This document shows positions 27,117-36,500 of a stretch of 64,000 nt of DNA, one piece after another. Below the pieces are notes generated by a model. The model had not been told where the DNA came from. It did not search any database and saw only the letters and a program-made list of their open reading frames with translations. The DNA lies in IMG/VR virus record IMGVR_UViG_3300025250_000043, positions 5,115 through 69,114 of that record. One strand, 5' to 3'. The position numbers and the translations under genes were made by a program. This DNA is from a virus (Duplodnaviria > Caudoviricetes). Each line of letters opens with the position of its first letter. Position 1 is the first letter of the stretch.

Positions 27117-27160
27117 CGAAATTCCTGTAGCGGCCTAAATCTAGGCCACTACCGCAGGAG
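27098..27160 (+). promoter_or_regulatory. Composite early promoter
   Basis: TGACAA-CAAAAG-TTGTTG; TTGACG-N17-TAAATC; GGCCTAAATCTAGGCC 27132-47; CTACCGC-AGGAG. Confidence 0.8.
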
Positions 27161-27167
27161 ACGAGAA

Positions 27168-27368
27168 ATGAGCACCCGCGACGCAATCGCACTGAAGATA
27201 ACGGCCGAGATCGTGGCCGACACGATAGCCCACATGGCAAAGCAGGCCAGCGTTGGCTACGGCGAACTTCTGCATAGCCTGTTTATCGAGAAGAACCCGA
27301 ACACGATCAAGGTCTTCAACAAGTACCTCGCGATCGCCGTCGAGTATGTCCAAAAGCAGGCGGCCTAA
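27168..27368 (+). CDS. Hypothetical protein
   Basis: 66-aa ORF, AGGAG RBS. Confidence 0.7.
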   Translation: MSTRDAIALKITAEIVADTIAHMAKQASVGYGELLHSLFIEKNPNTIKVFNKYLAIAVEYVQKQAA

Positions 27369-27523
27369 TGAGCGCGCGGCCGTACTGCGATCATTGCCTC
27401 GACACCTTGTTTTGGTGCGATTTCGAGGAAGCGCTCATTTGCGATTGCCCGACCGCGACGGCGAAGCGCCAGGCGGCGGAGCAAGAAAACGAAGACATGG
27501 AACACGACCGCAAGGCGGCGTGA
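27368..27523 (+). CDS. Small Cys-rich protein
   Basis: MSARPYCDHCLDTLFWCDFEEALICDCPT; TAATG coupling. Confidence 0.55.
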   Translation: MSARPYCDHCLDTLFWCDFEEALICDCPTATAKRQAAEQENEDMEHDRKAA

Positions 27524-27548
27524 CCACCTACCACACAAGGAACGCGAA

Positions 27549-27737
27549 ATGCTCCGCAAGATATTCTCCGCCCTGACCGGCGGCCGACCCATGCGCAAGA
27601 TCGGCATCGCCTACACGAAGCGCGGAAGCGGCGAAAAGGTCTTCTACTTCGTCGACGACTTCGGCACGCTCTGGATGGCCGCCCACGCCTGGTCGATCGG
27701 CCGCGTGCGCCCGCCGAAAGGCATGGTGCAGCGGTGA
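27549..27737 (+). CDS. Hypothetical protein
   Basis: 62-aa ORF after CCTACCAC-acAAGGA. Confidence 0.65.
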   Translation: MLRKIFSALTGGRPMRKIGIAYTKRGSGEKVFYFVDDFGTLWMAAHAWSIGRVRPPKGMVQR

Positions 27738-28258
27738 GCGCGGCGCGTCACGCGGCGTTTTACGCCAAGGGTTATGCAGAGGGTCTTCGGGACGCTGCAA
27801 ACCACGATGTCGCCCGCCTGGTCGCCGAGCTCGACCACGTCCGCACATGCCTCGAAATGGAGCGGATAATCCGGTGCGACTATGAGCGCCAGGTCGACGA
27901 TCTGAAGGCTGGCCGGGCGATCATGCTCGCCGAGCTCAAGACCGCGATCGGTGCCCAATGGCTGACCCGCTTCAAGGTTTGGAACTTGATGACGTTTGGC
28001 CCCGGCAAGCGCACCGCCGGCACCGTCGAGCATATCCGCCGCGAATTGATCGAGATCGAGGATAAGCCCGACGATCCGGAAGAGTGGGTCGATGTCGCCC
28101 TTCTCGCGATCAACGGGCTTGTACGCCTGGGTCTGGAGCCGCTGGAAATCCTGGCCCGATTCACGGCCAAGCTGGACAAGAACATCGCTCGCAAATGGCC
28201 TGACTGGCGCACCGCGCCCGACAGCCCGATCGAGCATGTCAGGGACGAAGCGGCATGA
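27734..28258 (+). CDS. DUF550-family dATP/dGTP pyrophosphohydrolase-domain protein
   Basis: TFGPGKRTAGTVEHIRRELIEIED..DDPEEWVDVALLA..G...KLDKNIARKWPDWR. Confidence 0.85.
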   Translation: MSAARHAAFYAKGYAEGLRDAANHDVARLVAELDHVRTCLEMERIIRCDYERQVDDLKAGRAIMLAELKTAIGAQWLTRFKVWNLMTFGPGKRTAGTVEHIRRELIEIEDKPDDPEEWVDVALLAINGLVRLGLEPLEILARFTAKLDKNIARKWPDWRTAPDSPIEHVRDEAA

Positions 28259-28563
28259 GCGCGCTCGAATGGACGGTCTACACGACCGAGGATTGCGCGC
28301 CCTGGGCTGTCTTCGTTGACGGCCATGTGCCGATGGATGACGCGAGCGACGCCTTCAACGAAATGATGGTCGAGCTCTTGGAAGAGCAAGGCTTCGACCG
28401 CATGGACGCCCGTGCATATGTCGAGGAAGCCAAGTTCGGTCATTACTGGATTAGGCAGGGCGAAACCGACGACGAAGACACCGACCCGGAATATCCGTGG
28501 CTCTGGTCGAAGGAAGGCGTCGAGGGCGCCCGCGCGATCACCGGCTTGAAGTTCCCGGCATGA
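28255..28563 (+). CDS. Hypothetical acidic protein
   Basis: ATGA coupled ORF. Confidence 0.7.
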   Translation: MSALEWTVYTTEDCAPWAVFVDGHVPMDDASDAFNEMMVELLEEQGFDRMDARAYVEEAKFGHYWIRQGETDDEDTDPEYPWLWSKEGVEGARAITGLKFPA

Positions 28564-28760
28564 CGGCGCGCTTCAACCCTGGCGACCGTGTCGTCGCGAT
28601 AAGCGGCTGGCACGGCCGCGTCGAACGCGACGACGGCGGAACGCATGTCGTCGTCAGTTTCCCCTCTGCCGGCACCGGCAACGTCGATCGTCAATTCCTC
28701 TTGCCGCTCCCGCGCGGCGTCATTCCTCACCCGCAAGAGGCCAGCAGCTATGTCCACTGA
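28560..28760 (+). CDS. Small SH3/KOW-like protein
   Basis: FNPGDRVVAISGWHGRV; ATGA coupling. Confidence 0.55.
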   Translation: MTARFNPGDRVVAISGWHGRVERDDGGTHVVVSFPSAGTGNVDRQFLLPLPRGVIPHPQEASSYVH

Positions 28761-29244
28761 TCTCCCGGCGACCTTCTCGCCGTGCCGTACCTGGCGCTAC
28801 ACCCTTCGTCGCCGTTGGGCGGACGGCAAGTCGGCCGCGTTCATCCTTCTCAACCCGTCGACCGCCGACGAAGTCCAAGACGATCCGACCATTCGCCGCT
28901 GCATCGCCTACGCGAAGCGTTGGGGCTACGGCGGCTTAATACTTGGCAACGCCTTCGCTCTCCGGTCGACCGATCCCCGCGGGCTCTATTCGCACGCCGA
29001 TCCGAACGGCCCCGGCAACGACCAGGCGCTCGCCGAGATCGCGAAGGAAGCCGACCGCGTGGTTTGCGGTTGGGGAACCCATGGCGCGCTCATGGGGCGC
29101 GGCGCGGCCGTTCTGGACATCATCCGCCAGGCCGGAGCCGAACCGCTCGCCCTGAAGCTCACGGCGGCCGGCTATCCCGGCCACCCGCTCTACCTCCGCC
29201 AAGACCTTCAACCCTTCCCGTTTTCTACCACTGGAGCGAACTGA
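28750..29244 (+). CDS. DUF1643 protein
   Basis: FSPCRTWRYTLRRRW, LNPSTAD..DDPTIRRC, VVCGWG, HPLY. Confidence 0.9.
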   Translation: MSTDLPATFSPCRTWRYTLRRRWADGKSAAFILLNPSTADEVQDDPTIRRCIAYAKRWGYGGLILGNAFALRSTDPRGLYSHADPNGPGNDQALAEIAKEADRVVCGWGTHGALMGRGAAVLDIIRQAGAEPLALKLTAAGYPGHPLYLRQDLQPFPFSTTGAN

Positions 29245-29245
29245 A

Positions 29246-29638
29246 ATGAGGTTTGGACTGTTTACCGCCCTGGCCGCAGCGCAAATCGCGGCCGTCGTGA
29301 TCGAGCCGCCCACGCCGCCCGTGCCGACGATCGGCCCCGAAGATGGCGCACCGCCGCGCCGGCTCCGGCTCACCCGCGAAACCCGCGCCCTCGCCCGCAA
29401 GGTCGGCATCCTTTTCGACGGCCAGCAGCGGAGCGACGTTCTTGCATACGACGCCGACGACGGCTGGATCGAAATCCAGAATCATGAGGGCCGGCTCTTC
29501 GGTCCCGTCGAGCCCTATTGGCGGCATCCGCCGACGGTCGAGCCTCCGCGCGTGCCGGAGCTCCAGGCGAGCACGGAGGCCAGGGCCGAGGCCAAGCGCG
29601 CCCGAAAGGCCGCCAAGCGTCTTGGGAGGGCCGCATGA
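29246..29638 (+). CDS. Hypothetical protein
   Basis: TCTACCAC-tGGAG RBS; 130 aa. Confidence 0.65.
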   Translation: MRFGLFTALAAAQIAAVVIEPPTPPVPTIGPEDGAPPRRLRLTRETRALARKVGILFDGQQRSDVLAYDADDGWIEIQNHEGRLFGPVEPYWRHPPTVEPPRVPELQASTEARAEAKRARKAAKRLGRAA

Positions 29639-29817
29639 GCTTTTCCGTCACGATCTCATGGTGGATTATCCCGCTCATGATTACCGCCGCCCTCTTCGCC
29701 TGGTTTGCCTCCAGCGAGAAGAGTAGCGGCGGCTTCGACATCGTGCCGCTATTCCGCCTTGTCGCGGCGATCATTGGGTCGCTCGTCGCCTGGCTGGTTT
29801 GGGCGCTTCTCAGGTAG
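29635..29817 (+). CDS. Small two-TM membrane protein
   Basis: MSFSVTISWWIIPLMITAALFAWF...LVAAIIGSLVAWLVWALL. Confidence 0.7.
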   Translation: MSFSVTISWWIIPLMITAALFAWFASSEKSSGGFDIVPLFRLVAAIIGSLVAWLVWALLR

Positions 29818-29826
29818 GGCGCGGCG

Positions 29827-30105
29827 ATGGCCAGACCCGACGAAAGGAAGCTCCCCGCCGCGCTCCGCGAGCTCTTAGGCCGACTGAAGGCCGGCGCGGT
29901 GTTGTGTAAGGAAGTCGCCGCGACCAGCGCCGAGGCGAACCAGGGCGGCTTTGTTTGGTTCATGCATCCGACCGGCGTTCGCGTCGCGAAGGATCAAGCC
30001 GACGCCCTCTTGAAGATGGGCTTCGTCGAGCCGGCCGGCGACAGCCTCTTTGCCGGCGACGGCCAGACCTTTCCGCTGGCCGGAACCCGGTTCAAAAACG
30101 GCTGA
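29827..30105 (+). CDS. Hypothetical protein
   Basis: 92-aa ORF; stop codon is the TGA of the next operator. Confidence 0.7.
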   Translation: MARPDERKLPAALRELLGRLKAGAVLCKEVAATSAEANQGGFVWFMHPTGVRVAKDQADALLKMGFVEPAGDSLFAGDGQTFPLAGTRFKNG

Positions 30106-30175
30106 CAAAATTTTTTGTCAGACCCTATTGCGTTCCCGTAAAGGGTGGCCTAAATCTAGGCCACCTACCACGGAG
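30103..30175 (+). promoter_or_regulatory. Composite early promoter
   Basis: TGACAAAATTTTTTGTCA; TTGCGT-N17-TAAATC; GGCCTAAATCTAGGCC 30147-62; CCTACCAC-GGAG. Confidence 0.8.
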
Positions 30176-30182
30176 AAGCGAC

Positions 30183-30701
30183 ATGCCCAAGACGAAATAC
30201 ATCGCCACCGACAAAGCCGGCGGCATCCATACGCGCCAGACCGCGCGAACCTACACGCATACGGTTGTGCGCCGTGGCGGATATCAGACGGCGCTTTCTT
30301 GGGCCAGCGACAAGAGTTGGGCCAGGAGCGACGCGAGGGATTTCGCCTACTGGACACAGATTGCCGACGGCAACGATCCCTACCCGCAAAAGTGCTACTG
30401 CACACCCGAGCGCGACAGCGCCGAGCAGATCGCCGAGGAAGCCGCCCGCGTCGCCGCACAGAACGAAAAGCGTGTCGCCGCGGCCAAGGCCGAGATCGAG
30501 GGCCACACCGTCGAGAGCTACGTCGCCGGCAAGCTGGCGAAGCGCCTGGCTGATATCGAGAAACGCCGCGCCGCTGGCTTTTTCGACACCTGGGGCAACG
30601 TCGGGTGGTGCGGCCGTCTTGCGCTCGCCGTCGCTCTCGCCGCGAAGGAATGCGGCAATGGCGACTACGAAACCGACATTCTCGACGCCAGGGAGGCTTG
30701 A
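30183..30701 (+). CDS. Hypothetical phage protein
   Basis: MPKTKYIATDKAGGIHTRQTARTYTHTVV. Confidence 0.75.
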   Translation: MPKTKYIATDKAGGIHTRQTARTYTHTVVRRGGYQTALSWASDKSWARSDARDFAYWTQIADGNDPYPQKCYCTPERDSAEQIAEEAARVAAQNEKRVAAAKAEIEGHTVESYVAGKLAKRLADIEKRRAAGFFDTWGNVGWCGRLALAVALAAKECGNGDYETDILDAREA

Positions 30702-30704
30702 GCC

Positions 30705-30986
30705 ATGAAGACCATTCGCTTCGTTGACGACGACATTTACACGCTTGCCGAGATTTGCTCGCTGGCGGCCGATCGCTACCGCGAGAACGCCGCCGAGTTC
30801 GACAAGCTGGCCGCGATCAAGACCGGGCCAATCGGTGCGATGTATCCCACCGGAGCCGCCGCGCAAGAGCTCGCCGACCAGTTCCGTAAGCAGGAGCGGG
30901 ACGCGCGGAAATACAGCAATATCTTTCAGGCTTGCGAGCCCTTCAACGTCGAGCACGACGACGGCCCCGACCCCGACGCTGACTGA
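30705..30986 (+). CDS. Hypothetical protein
   Basis: GGAGG RBS; stop is the TGA of operator 30984. Confidence 0.7.
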   Translation: MKTIRFVDDDIYTLAEICSLAADRYRENAAEFDKLAAIKTGPIGAMYPTGAAAQELADQFRKQERDARKYSNIFQACEPFNVEHDDGPDPDAD

Positions 30987-31058
30987 CAAATTTATTTGTC
31001 GAAGCGCTTGACGGCGCTCCGACGCGCGGCCTAAAAATCGACCTTCCCTACCACGGAG
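30984..31058 (+). promoter_or_regulatory. Composite early promoter (half GGCCTA site)
   Basis: TGACAA-ATTTAT-TTGTCG; TTGACG 31008; GGCCTAAAAATC; CCTACCAC-GGAG. Confidence 0.7.
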
Positions 31059-31065
31059 AGACGAC

Positions 31066-31284
31066 ATGCAACGGGTTCAAATTCCCGCCTATACCGACAC
31101 ATGGATGCGAGGGGATCGATACGGGTTCCTCGACAACGTCACGCGGATGCGGGCTGACAAAATCCACGCCAGCATCCGGCCCCGCCACGTTGCCGACGGC
31201 GACATGGTCGAGATCGCTCACGTCAAGCTCGACAAGTCGGGCAAGACGGGCCGGTTCATCCTTCTCGACTGCAACGCGATCTAG
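31066..31284 (+). CDS. Hypothetical protein
   Basis: MQRVQIPAYTDTWMRGDRYG. Confidence 0.7.
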   Translation: MQRVQIPAYTDTWMRGDRYGFLDNVTRMRADKIHASIRPRHVADGDMVEIAHVKLDKSGKTGRFILLDCNAI

Positions 31285-31295
31285 GAGCCGGCAAC

Positions 31296-31523
31296 ATGAC
31301 CGCCCACGCTATGCCTGAGAGATCATACGAGAAGATCGAGGAAATCATCGACTTGGAGACGCCCGACAACACCGGATGGTGGATCGTCTACTACGACCCC
31401 GACGGCACGTCTTACGACGCGATCGGCCCCTTCGATACCTGCATGGAAGCGACCGACGTTCACGAAGGGTGCGGCGAAGAGCCGGACCTTGCCCGCGCTA
31501 TGGCGAAGGGGTTCGGCCGATGA
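31296..31523 (+). CDS. Hypothetical acidic protein
   Basis: AGGAG RBS; GWWIVYYDPDG. Confidence 0.65.
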   Translation: MTAHAMPERSYEKIEEIIDLETPDNTGWWIVYYDPDGTSYDAIGPFDTCMEATDVHEGCGEEPDLARAMAKGFGR

Positions 31524-32065
31524 ACGCGGAAGCGAAGATCGAGATCGCCGCGACGATCGGCCTAAGCAAGGTCGAGCTCTACACGATCCGGAGCGCCAAG
31601 CGCGGGGAATGGGCTTACATCACGATCGACGAGAGCTCCGGGCTTTTCCTGGCCCTCTCCAGCTATGGCACCTTCGGCTATTGCTGGACCGCGATCGGCA
31701 ATGAGACGCTGAAGCAATTCCTTGCGAGCCTCAATTTCGGGTATTTCTTCAGCAAGGTCGCCGAGCAAACACGCGGCCAGGTCTTCAGCCCCGGGAAGAC
31801 GGTCGAGGGCATCAAGCGCCTTGTGCTCGAACGCAGCCGCAATGGCGAGATCACGAAGAGCCAGGCGCGAGGCGCATGGGAAGCCGCCGAGGCGAGCGAA
31901 GGCAACCACGACGCACACGAATTCTTCGACGAGTTGCTTTCGGACGCCGACATCCTGGCCGTTTACGACGGGGACTATGGCGACATCGAGCGGCGCGAGC
32001 GCGACCCGCAATGCGTCGGGTTTTGGGAGCACATTTGGCCGGTATTTCTGGAGGCAATTCGATGA
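31520..32065 (+). CDS. Hypothetical phage protein
   Basis: WAYITIDE...SSYGTFGYCWTAIG...FLASLNFGYFFSK; ATGA coupling. Confidence 0.75.
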   Translation: MNAEAKIEIAATIGLSKVELYTIRSAKRGEWAYITIDESSGLFLALSSYGTFGYCWTAIGNETLKQFLASLNFGYFFSKVAEQTRGQVFSPGKTVEGIKRLVLERSRNGEITKSQARGAWEAAEASEGNHDAHEFFDELLSDADILAVYDGDYGDIERRERDPQCVGFWEHIWPVFLEAIR

Positions 32066-32117
32066 TGATCGTCAACCTAAAGGGCCGAGCGAAAGCCAGC
32101 CGAGGATTGCATGACCA

Positions 32118-32690
32118 TCAAGCGCCCTTGCGTTGAAGCTTCTGTCGCTCTCGCGGCGCCTTACCCTCAATCAACCGCTGCGGAGGCGCGGACCCCGAAA
32201 CCTCTGTTGGCTCGTCGTCAACTGGCAGACCAAACTTCTCTTCGACCCGCCTCTGGTACTGATCAAAATCTCGATATCGCCGTTCAGTATCGGATATCGC
32301 ATACAAAAGCGCCCCGGCCAAAAGGTAGCCAAATAAGGCGATGGCTCCCCCAACCAAGCTATGAACTATTGACGGATGCGCCTCTCTAGCTATGTGCTCG
32401 TCTACCATCACCGTACTAGAAAGGACGGCAGCTATAATCGACATAGTCGCCAGGGTAAGGTAGTTGACATACCGGTCTTTCTTGCCGGTTCGAAAATCCT
32501 TGACTAGCCGGTACATTCGCCATTCGCTGTCCCGCCTCTTGCTAAGCTTGCGCTCTCGCCGCCTAGCGACAAATTCACCTACACTGGGCGACAGGAAAAG
32601 TGCGAGGAACGTAGCAATTATCCCAATGGCGGTGAAAGCCGAACCGAGCGCGATGTCCTTAGCCGTTATACCCCATGAAGTAATATCCAT
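32118..32690 (-). CDS. Multi-pass membrane protein (accessory)
   Basis: Three hydrophobic segments; visibly more AT-rich than flanking phage genes. Confidence 0.65.
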   Translation of the reverse strand: MDITSWGITAKDIALGSAFTAIGIIATFLALFLSPSVGEFVARRRERKLSKRRDSEWRMYRLVKDFRTGKKDRYVNYLTLATMSIIAAVLSSTVMVDEHIAREAHPSIVHSLVGGAIALFGYLLAGALLYAISDTERRYRDFDQYQRRVEEKFGLPVDDEPTEVSGSAPPQRLIEGKAPRERQKLQRKGA

Positions 32691-32818
32691 CCCCAAACCC
32701 TTTCTGCGCCGCCAATCCCAAGTTGCTGTAACTAGCAGCTTCTGCAATCGGGCGATACTTCAGGGATTTTCTTCGCGGGTGAACCGCAACGTCGCGTGGC
32801 GTAGCATGTTCTCGCGCC

Positions 32819-33223
32819 TCAAGGTTTTGACCCTGCCCCTGGGACGTACTGATCAGGCCCCGCAAGCGAGAGCATTGACCGAACACGTTCAACGATCGTT
32901 TCGACATCGGCCGGTTTTGGGACAAACTCCCCGAGCCGAAACACCGGATCGACGCCATCAATGAGGGCGCCCGTGTGCACGACGAACGGGACGCCCAGAT
33001 CTACGAGCTTTTCTGCGACATTAGTGCATTCGCCGTCTGGCAAACGAATGTCGAGCACCGCCGCATCAGGCCGATATTCGGACAAATAGCCCTCGGCCTT
33101 CGCGCACGAATTAAACAAGATAGGCGCCAAACCTGCCCGTTCCAGCGCATCCTCGATGTCGAGGGCTACCAGCGCTTGGTCTTCAACAACCAGGATCGCT
33201 GAACCTTGAACGTGTTCTGACAT
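32819..33223 (-). CDS. Single-domain response regulator (receiver)
   Basis: ILVVEDQALVALDIE...AAVLDIRLPDG...VPFVVHTG...FVPKP. Confidence 0.85.
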   Translation of the reverse strand: MSEHVQGSAILVVEDQALVALDIEDALERAGLAPILFNSCAKAEGYLSEYRPDAAVLDIRLPDGECTNVAEKLVDLGVPFVVHTGALIDGVDPVFRLGEFVPKPADVETIVERVRSMLSLAGPDQYVPGAGSKP

Positions 33224-33326
33224 ATCCCGCGCCTCCCCTGATGAGGAAGGCAAAGTTTTATCACTCCGTACGCTGTATTGGAGTCGGACTTTTGGCCTAG
33301 GAGCCGCTGTCTTCGGCGTTGCCTGT

Positions 33327-33756
33327 TCAAAGCCCCTTCGCCTGCGCATAAGGTGACCAGCCGTCAGGCGTATCAGCGATGTAGCGGGTGAACTCGACCT
33401 CGAGTTCTGACACCGCGAGATCCTTCGTGTTGCACCTTCCCCCGGCCGCCGCCGTGGCCGCGCCAACGGCGGTCATGTGTCGAGCACGACCAGGACCATA
33501 TCCCGGCACTCGGCCCATGCGTCTCGCCCATGACGCGGCCGACGGAATCTGATCCCAGGAACTTCGGGGAAAAGTCGTGTGGGAGGGAGTTCCCGTTGAT
33601 CACTGTCCGCCCCCAATCGAGCCAGAAGCGCGCCCCGCGATCGCGAACGAATCGCGCCATCTCGACGATACTCGCGAAGCGCCCAAGCACGTCGTCGCCG
33701 TCGAACACCTCATAGGCGCCGTCGACTTCGCGGGCCTTCAATCGATCGGCGGGCAT
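33327..33756 (-). pseudogene. Hypothetical gene, probably frameshifted near 33440
   Basis: One frame reads ...WSWSCSTHDRRWRGHGG; another continues RCNTKDLAVSELEVEFTRYIADTPDGWSPYAQAKGL*. Confidence 0.4.
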
Positions 33757-33833
33757 GGTCCTTCTCTGCGATCACGAGTCGTTGCGGACCCAAAAAATTG
33801 GAACGCTTCGTGCGAGTCAAGCTGTGGCCTAGA

Positions 33834-34022
33834 TCAGACTCGGCGGACCTGTTTCTTTCGGCCGACAGGCATCTTTGATGAGCAGGCTTCCCGGATAATC
33901 GTGGCGGCTTCGTGAATGGTGATGCCGACCTTGCGGGCATAGTAAGTGGCCTCCGCTTCCAGCTCGCCATCCAGTGGGGCCGCAACAGCCAGTTTTGCCT
34001 TATGCTTCGCCTTCTTTCCCAT
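33834..34022 (-). CDS. Small DUF3606-like protein
   Basis: EATYYARKVGITIHEAATIIRE. Confidence 0.55.
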   Translation of the reverse strand: MGKKAKHKAKLAVAAPLDGELEAEATYYARKVGITIHEAATIIREACSSKMPVGRKKQVRRV

Positions 34023-34049
34023 CGGTCGAATCATAGCACATTTACAGGA

Positions 34050-34268
34050 TCAAAGCTCGCCGCCATCGCGATGATCCAAGGCTTCGACGATGACCTCGAA
34101 CACGCTGGGCACTTCCTCACTGATTTCCGTCGTGGGAATGCCTGCCCGGTCCGCCGCGCTCATAGCCTTGTCCGCAAGGTCGCTGATGACGATCGGATCG
34201 TCGGTCGCGGTTTCGGGCAGCTGCTCTGCCATCCATTTATCGAGGAAGTTGATGCCGCGTGTGCTCAT
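34050..34268 (-). CDS. DUF768-family protein (copy 1)
   Basis: MSTRGINFLDKWMAEQLP...ADKAMSAADRAGI. Confidence 0.85.
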   Translation of the reverse strand: MSTRGINFLDKWMAEQLPETATDDPIVISDLADKAMSAADRAGIPTTEISEEVPSVFEVIVEALDHRDGGEL

Positions 34269-34305
34269 CGAGCTTTAAGCTCAATAGCCGGCTTAGGTTC
34301 CCCTG

Positions 34306-34497
34306 CTACATCCGAACGATGTTATCCAGCCCTAAGCGTCTGCGCTGGCCTTCCGCAAATGAGAGCGCGTACGACTCCAGCACGAACGATCGGGTAAATT
34401 CTTGGTCTTCCTCGACCACGCGAACGTCCCACTCACCGCCGGCTTCGACCACTTCAACGCGCGGATCGCCATTCAAGTTTATGGTTATGCTGTCCAT
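34306..34497 (-). CDS. Small hypothetical protein
   Basis: GGAGG RBS; FTRSFVLESYALSFAEGQRRRL. Confidence 0.65.
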   Translation of the reverse strand: MDSITINLNGDPRVEVVEAGGEWDVRVVEEDQEFTRSFVLESYALSFAEGQRRRLGLDNIVRM

Positions 34498-35100
34498 CGC
34501 AATTCTCCTCCGAAAGCAATGACAACTGAGTTTTTTTATAAATCCGGCGGAGTTGGCCTTTCAATAGCAAAAGACGGTTCGGTTTAGTACCAATGCGAGC
34601 GTCATTCCTCGCGGAAATCCTGCACCGAAGCGTGCCGCAAATCCTCCTCGCCGCGCAACGGCTTCACGCGGCCGCGATCAAAGGCGTTCGACCCCAAGCT
34701 TAACGCGGTTCGATCGGCAACCCACGCGTTCGCACCATATCCGCGCCTACGACATTAGCTGGTTTGAATATGCGACGGAGAAATCCGTCGGGCCGGCGTT
34801 CTGCCCATTCTTTACCCCCAAGGACGCCGGCCACCTTTTTCGACTTTATCGTCCGCTCTGAGGCAATCGCTCTCGATAGCGGCGAATGGCCTCCGATATG
34901 TACATTGCATACCGCCGCTCGACCACTCGGCGTCGATCGGCATCCAAATTATTGCGCGCCAAATGCGCTGTCGACCATGTAATGAGGATGTGTAGATCAT
35001 CGTCGTTCAACTCAGGGAGAGTTCTTGCCATGCGCAATTTCTGTACGGGTTATGGATACACTCAGCAGGATTGCTCGTTTAGCTGACGGAGCTTAAGGCC

Positions 35101-35322
35101 CTACCCGCCTGCGCCGCCCGACCGATGCATAATCGCCTCAAGTACGGCCTGGTAGACGCTACCGGTTTCTTCTTCGAGTTCGTTGCTGCTGATTCCAGCC
35201 GCCTTGGCGTCGGCAAAAAGCGTTTGCACCAGGTCAGCCACCGAGATGATGTCGAAACTTTCGACGCGGTCCAGGTTGCTCGAAATCCATGTGTGCAGGA
35301 AGTTAACGCCGCGCGTGCTCAT
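35101..35322 (-). CDS. DUF768-family protein (copy 2)
   Basis: MSTRGVNFLHTWISSNL...LFADAKAAGI. Confidence 0.8.
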   Translation of the reverse strand: MSTRGVNFLHTWISSNLDRVESFDIISVADLVQTLFADAKAAGISSNELEEETGSVYQAVLEAIMHRSGGAGG

Positions 35323-35345
35323 CAACCTCAAGCAACTGGCTGAGG

Positions 35346-35726
35346 CTATGTTCCCCCGGGGATCATTTCTTCGCTGACGAGGCGATCTAGGAGACGGACC
35401 ACCTCCTTGGCTTCCGGCGATTTGCAAGAATAGTACCGACGACCGCCATGGTAGCGCGCCTCGACGATATCGAGATGAAGCAGCTTGCCTAGATGTTGTG
35501 ACAGACTAGCCTGGCTGCACTTAATCTGAGAGAGCAAATACGAGACGCTTCTCTCTTTCTCCAGCAAATGAGCGACGATCAATAGGCGTATGCCATACCC
35601 TAGGCCGGAAAGTATCTCGGCCGCTAAACTGCGTTGGTCCTGGGAAGAAACCTCCGCACCCGGCCCCTGACGTAGGGCTGGATCAGCTTCAATTTCCGCA
35701 AGCCTCTGCCGGACATAAGCAGTCAT
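35346..35726 (-). CDS. ArsR/SmtB-family (NolR-like) transcriptional regulator
   Basis: AAEILS...RLLIV..L...SV..L......SQASLSQHLGKL...YYS. Confidence 0.8.
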   Translation of the reverse strand: MTAYVRQRLAEIEADPALRQGPGAEVSSQDQRSLAAEILSGLGYGIRLLIVAHLLEKERSVSYLLSQIKCSQASLSQHLGKLLHLDIVEARYHGGRRYYSCKSPEAKEVVRLLDRLVSEEMIPGGT

Positions 35727-36169
35727 GACTTCTATCTCTCAATTTTGGACGAAATAAACTGCCGAGTCGGCGTGCCTTAGTCAACCAAATGCTGAAAAGC
35801 CCGCCGACGGAGCTAACGGGCAAAGGATTTTGCGTCGCCGCCAGCGGCAGCAGCAAAGCAAATTAGCGCTACCGCATGGACCTACTTGGCGCACTAACAA
35901 AAGTTAAATGAATGCCGATCAGACCCGAGCGCTTTGCGCGGGGTCGCTCACCGCGCCTTCGTCTAGTTCAGATTCCAGGGCATCGCCCACGGGCTTCGGC
36001 TCGCTTCCGAGCGGGACACCGTCGAAGCCCTGTAACCATGCATCGGCATGCTCGGCCCAATACGCCGGCACAACACGTTCCTTGCAGTCCTTGCGCGCCT
36101 GCTGGCCATACATCCAGGCGTAGGTGACGCGCTCCTGGTCTTTCTTGGCGACGGCCGACGAAATAGAGG

Positions 36170-36474
36170 TCGTGCTGGCGGCTTTTTAAAGCCTTCTGCA
36201 GAACCTTGAAGTTGGAAAGCCCAGCATCATTCAAGGCGATGATTTCGCCGTCTATAATGGCGCTTTCGACCTCGAGGTCGCTGGCCGCCTTGGCGAGGTC
36301 GCGGTATTTCATCGTCCAGTCGACGCCGCGCCGGGTGAAGATGCGCACGCCGGCGTCGTCGCGCACGATCTGCGACCGGTAACCGTCGAACTTCACTTCG
36401 TGTATCCAGCCGTCCCCCTCGGGAGGCTTCTCGACCAGCGTCGGCAACAAGGGCTCTACGAACTTAAGACGCAT
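36170..36474 (-). pseudogene. 5' fragment of ATP-dependent DNA ligase (LigD-type ligase domain)
   Basis: MRLKFVEPLLPTLVEKPPEGDGWIHEVKFDGYR..., IDGEI; similarity stops after HDLYFV. Confidence 0.85.
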
Positions 36475-36500
36475 ACACTGACCCGCACAAACCGCGATTC

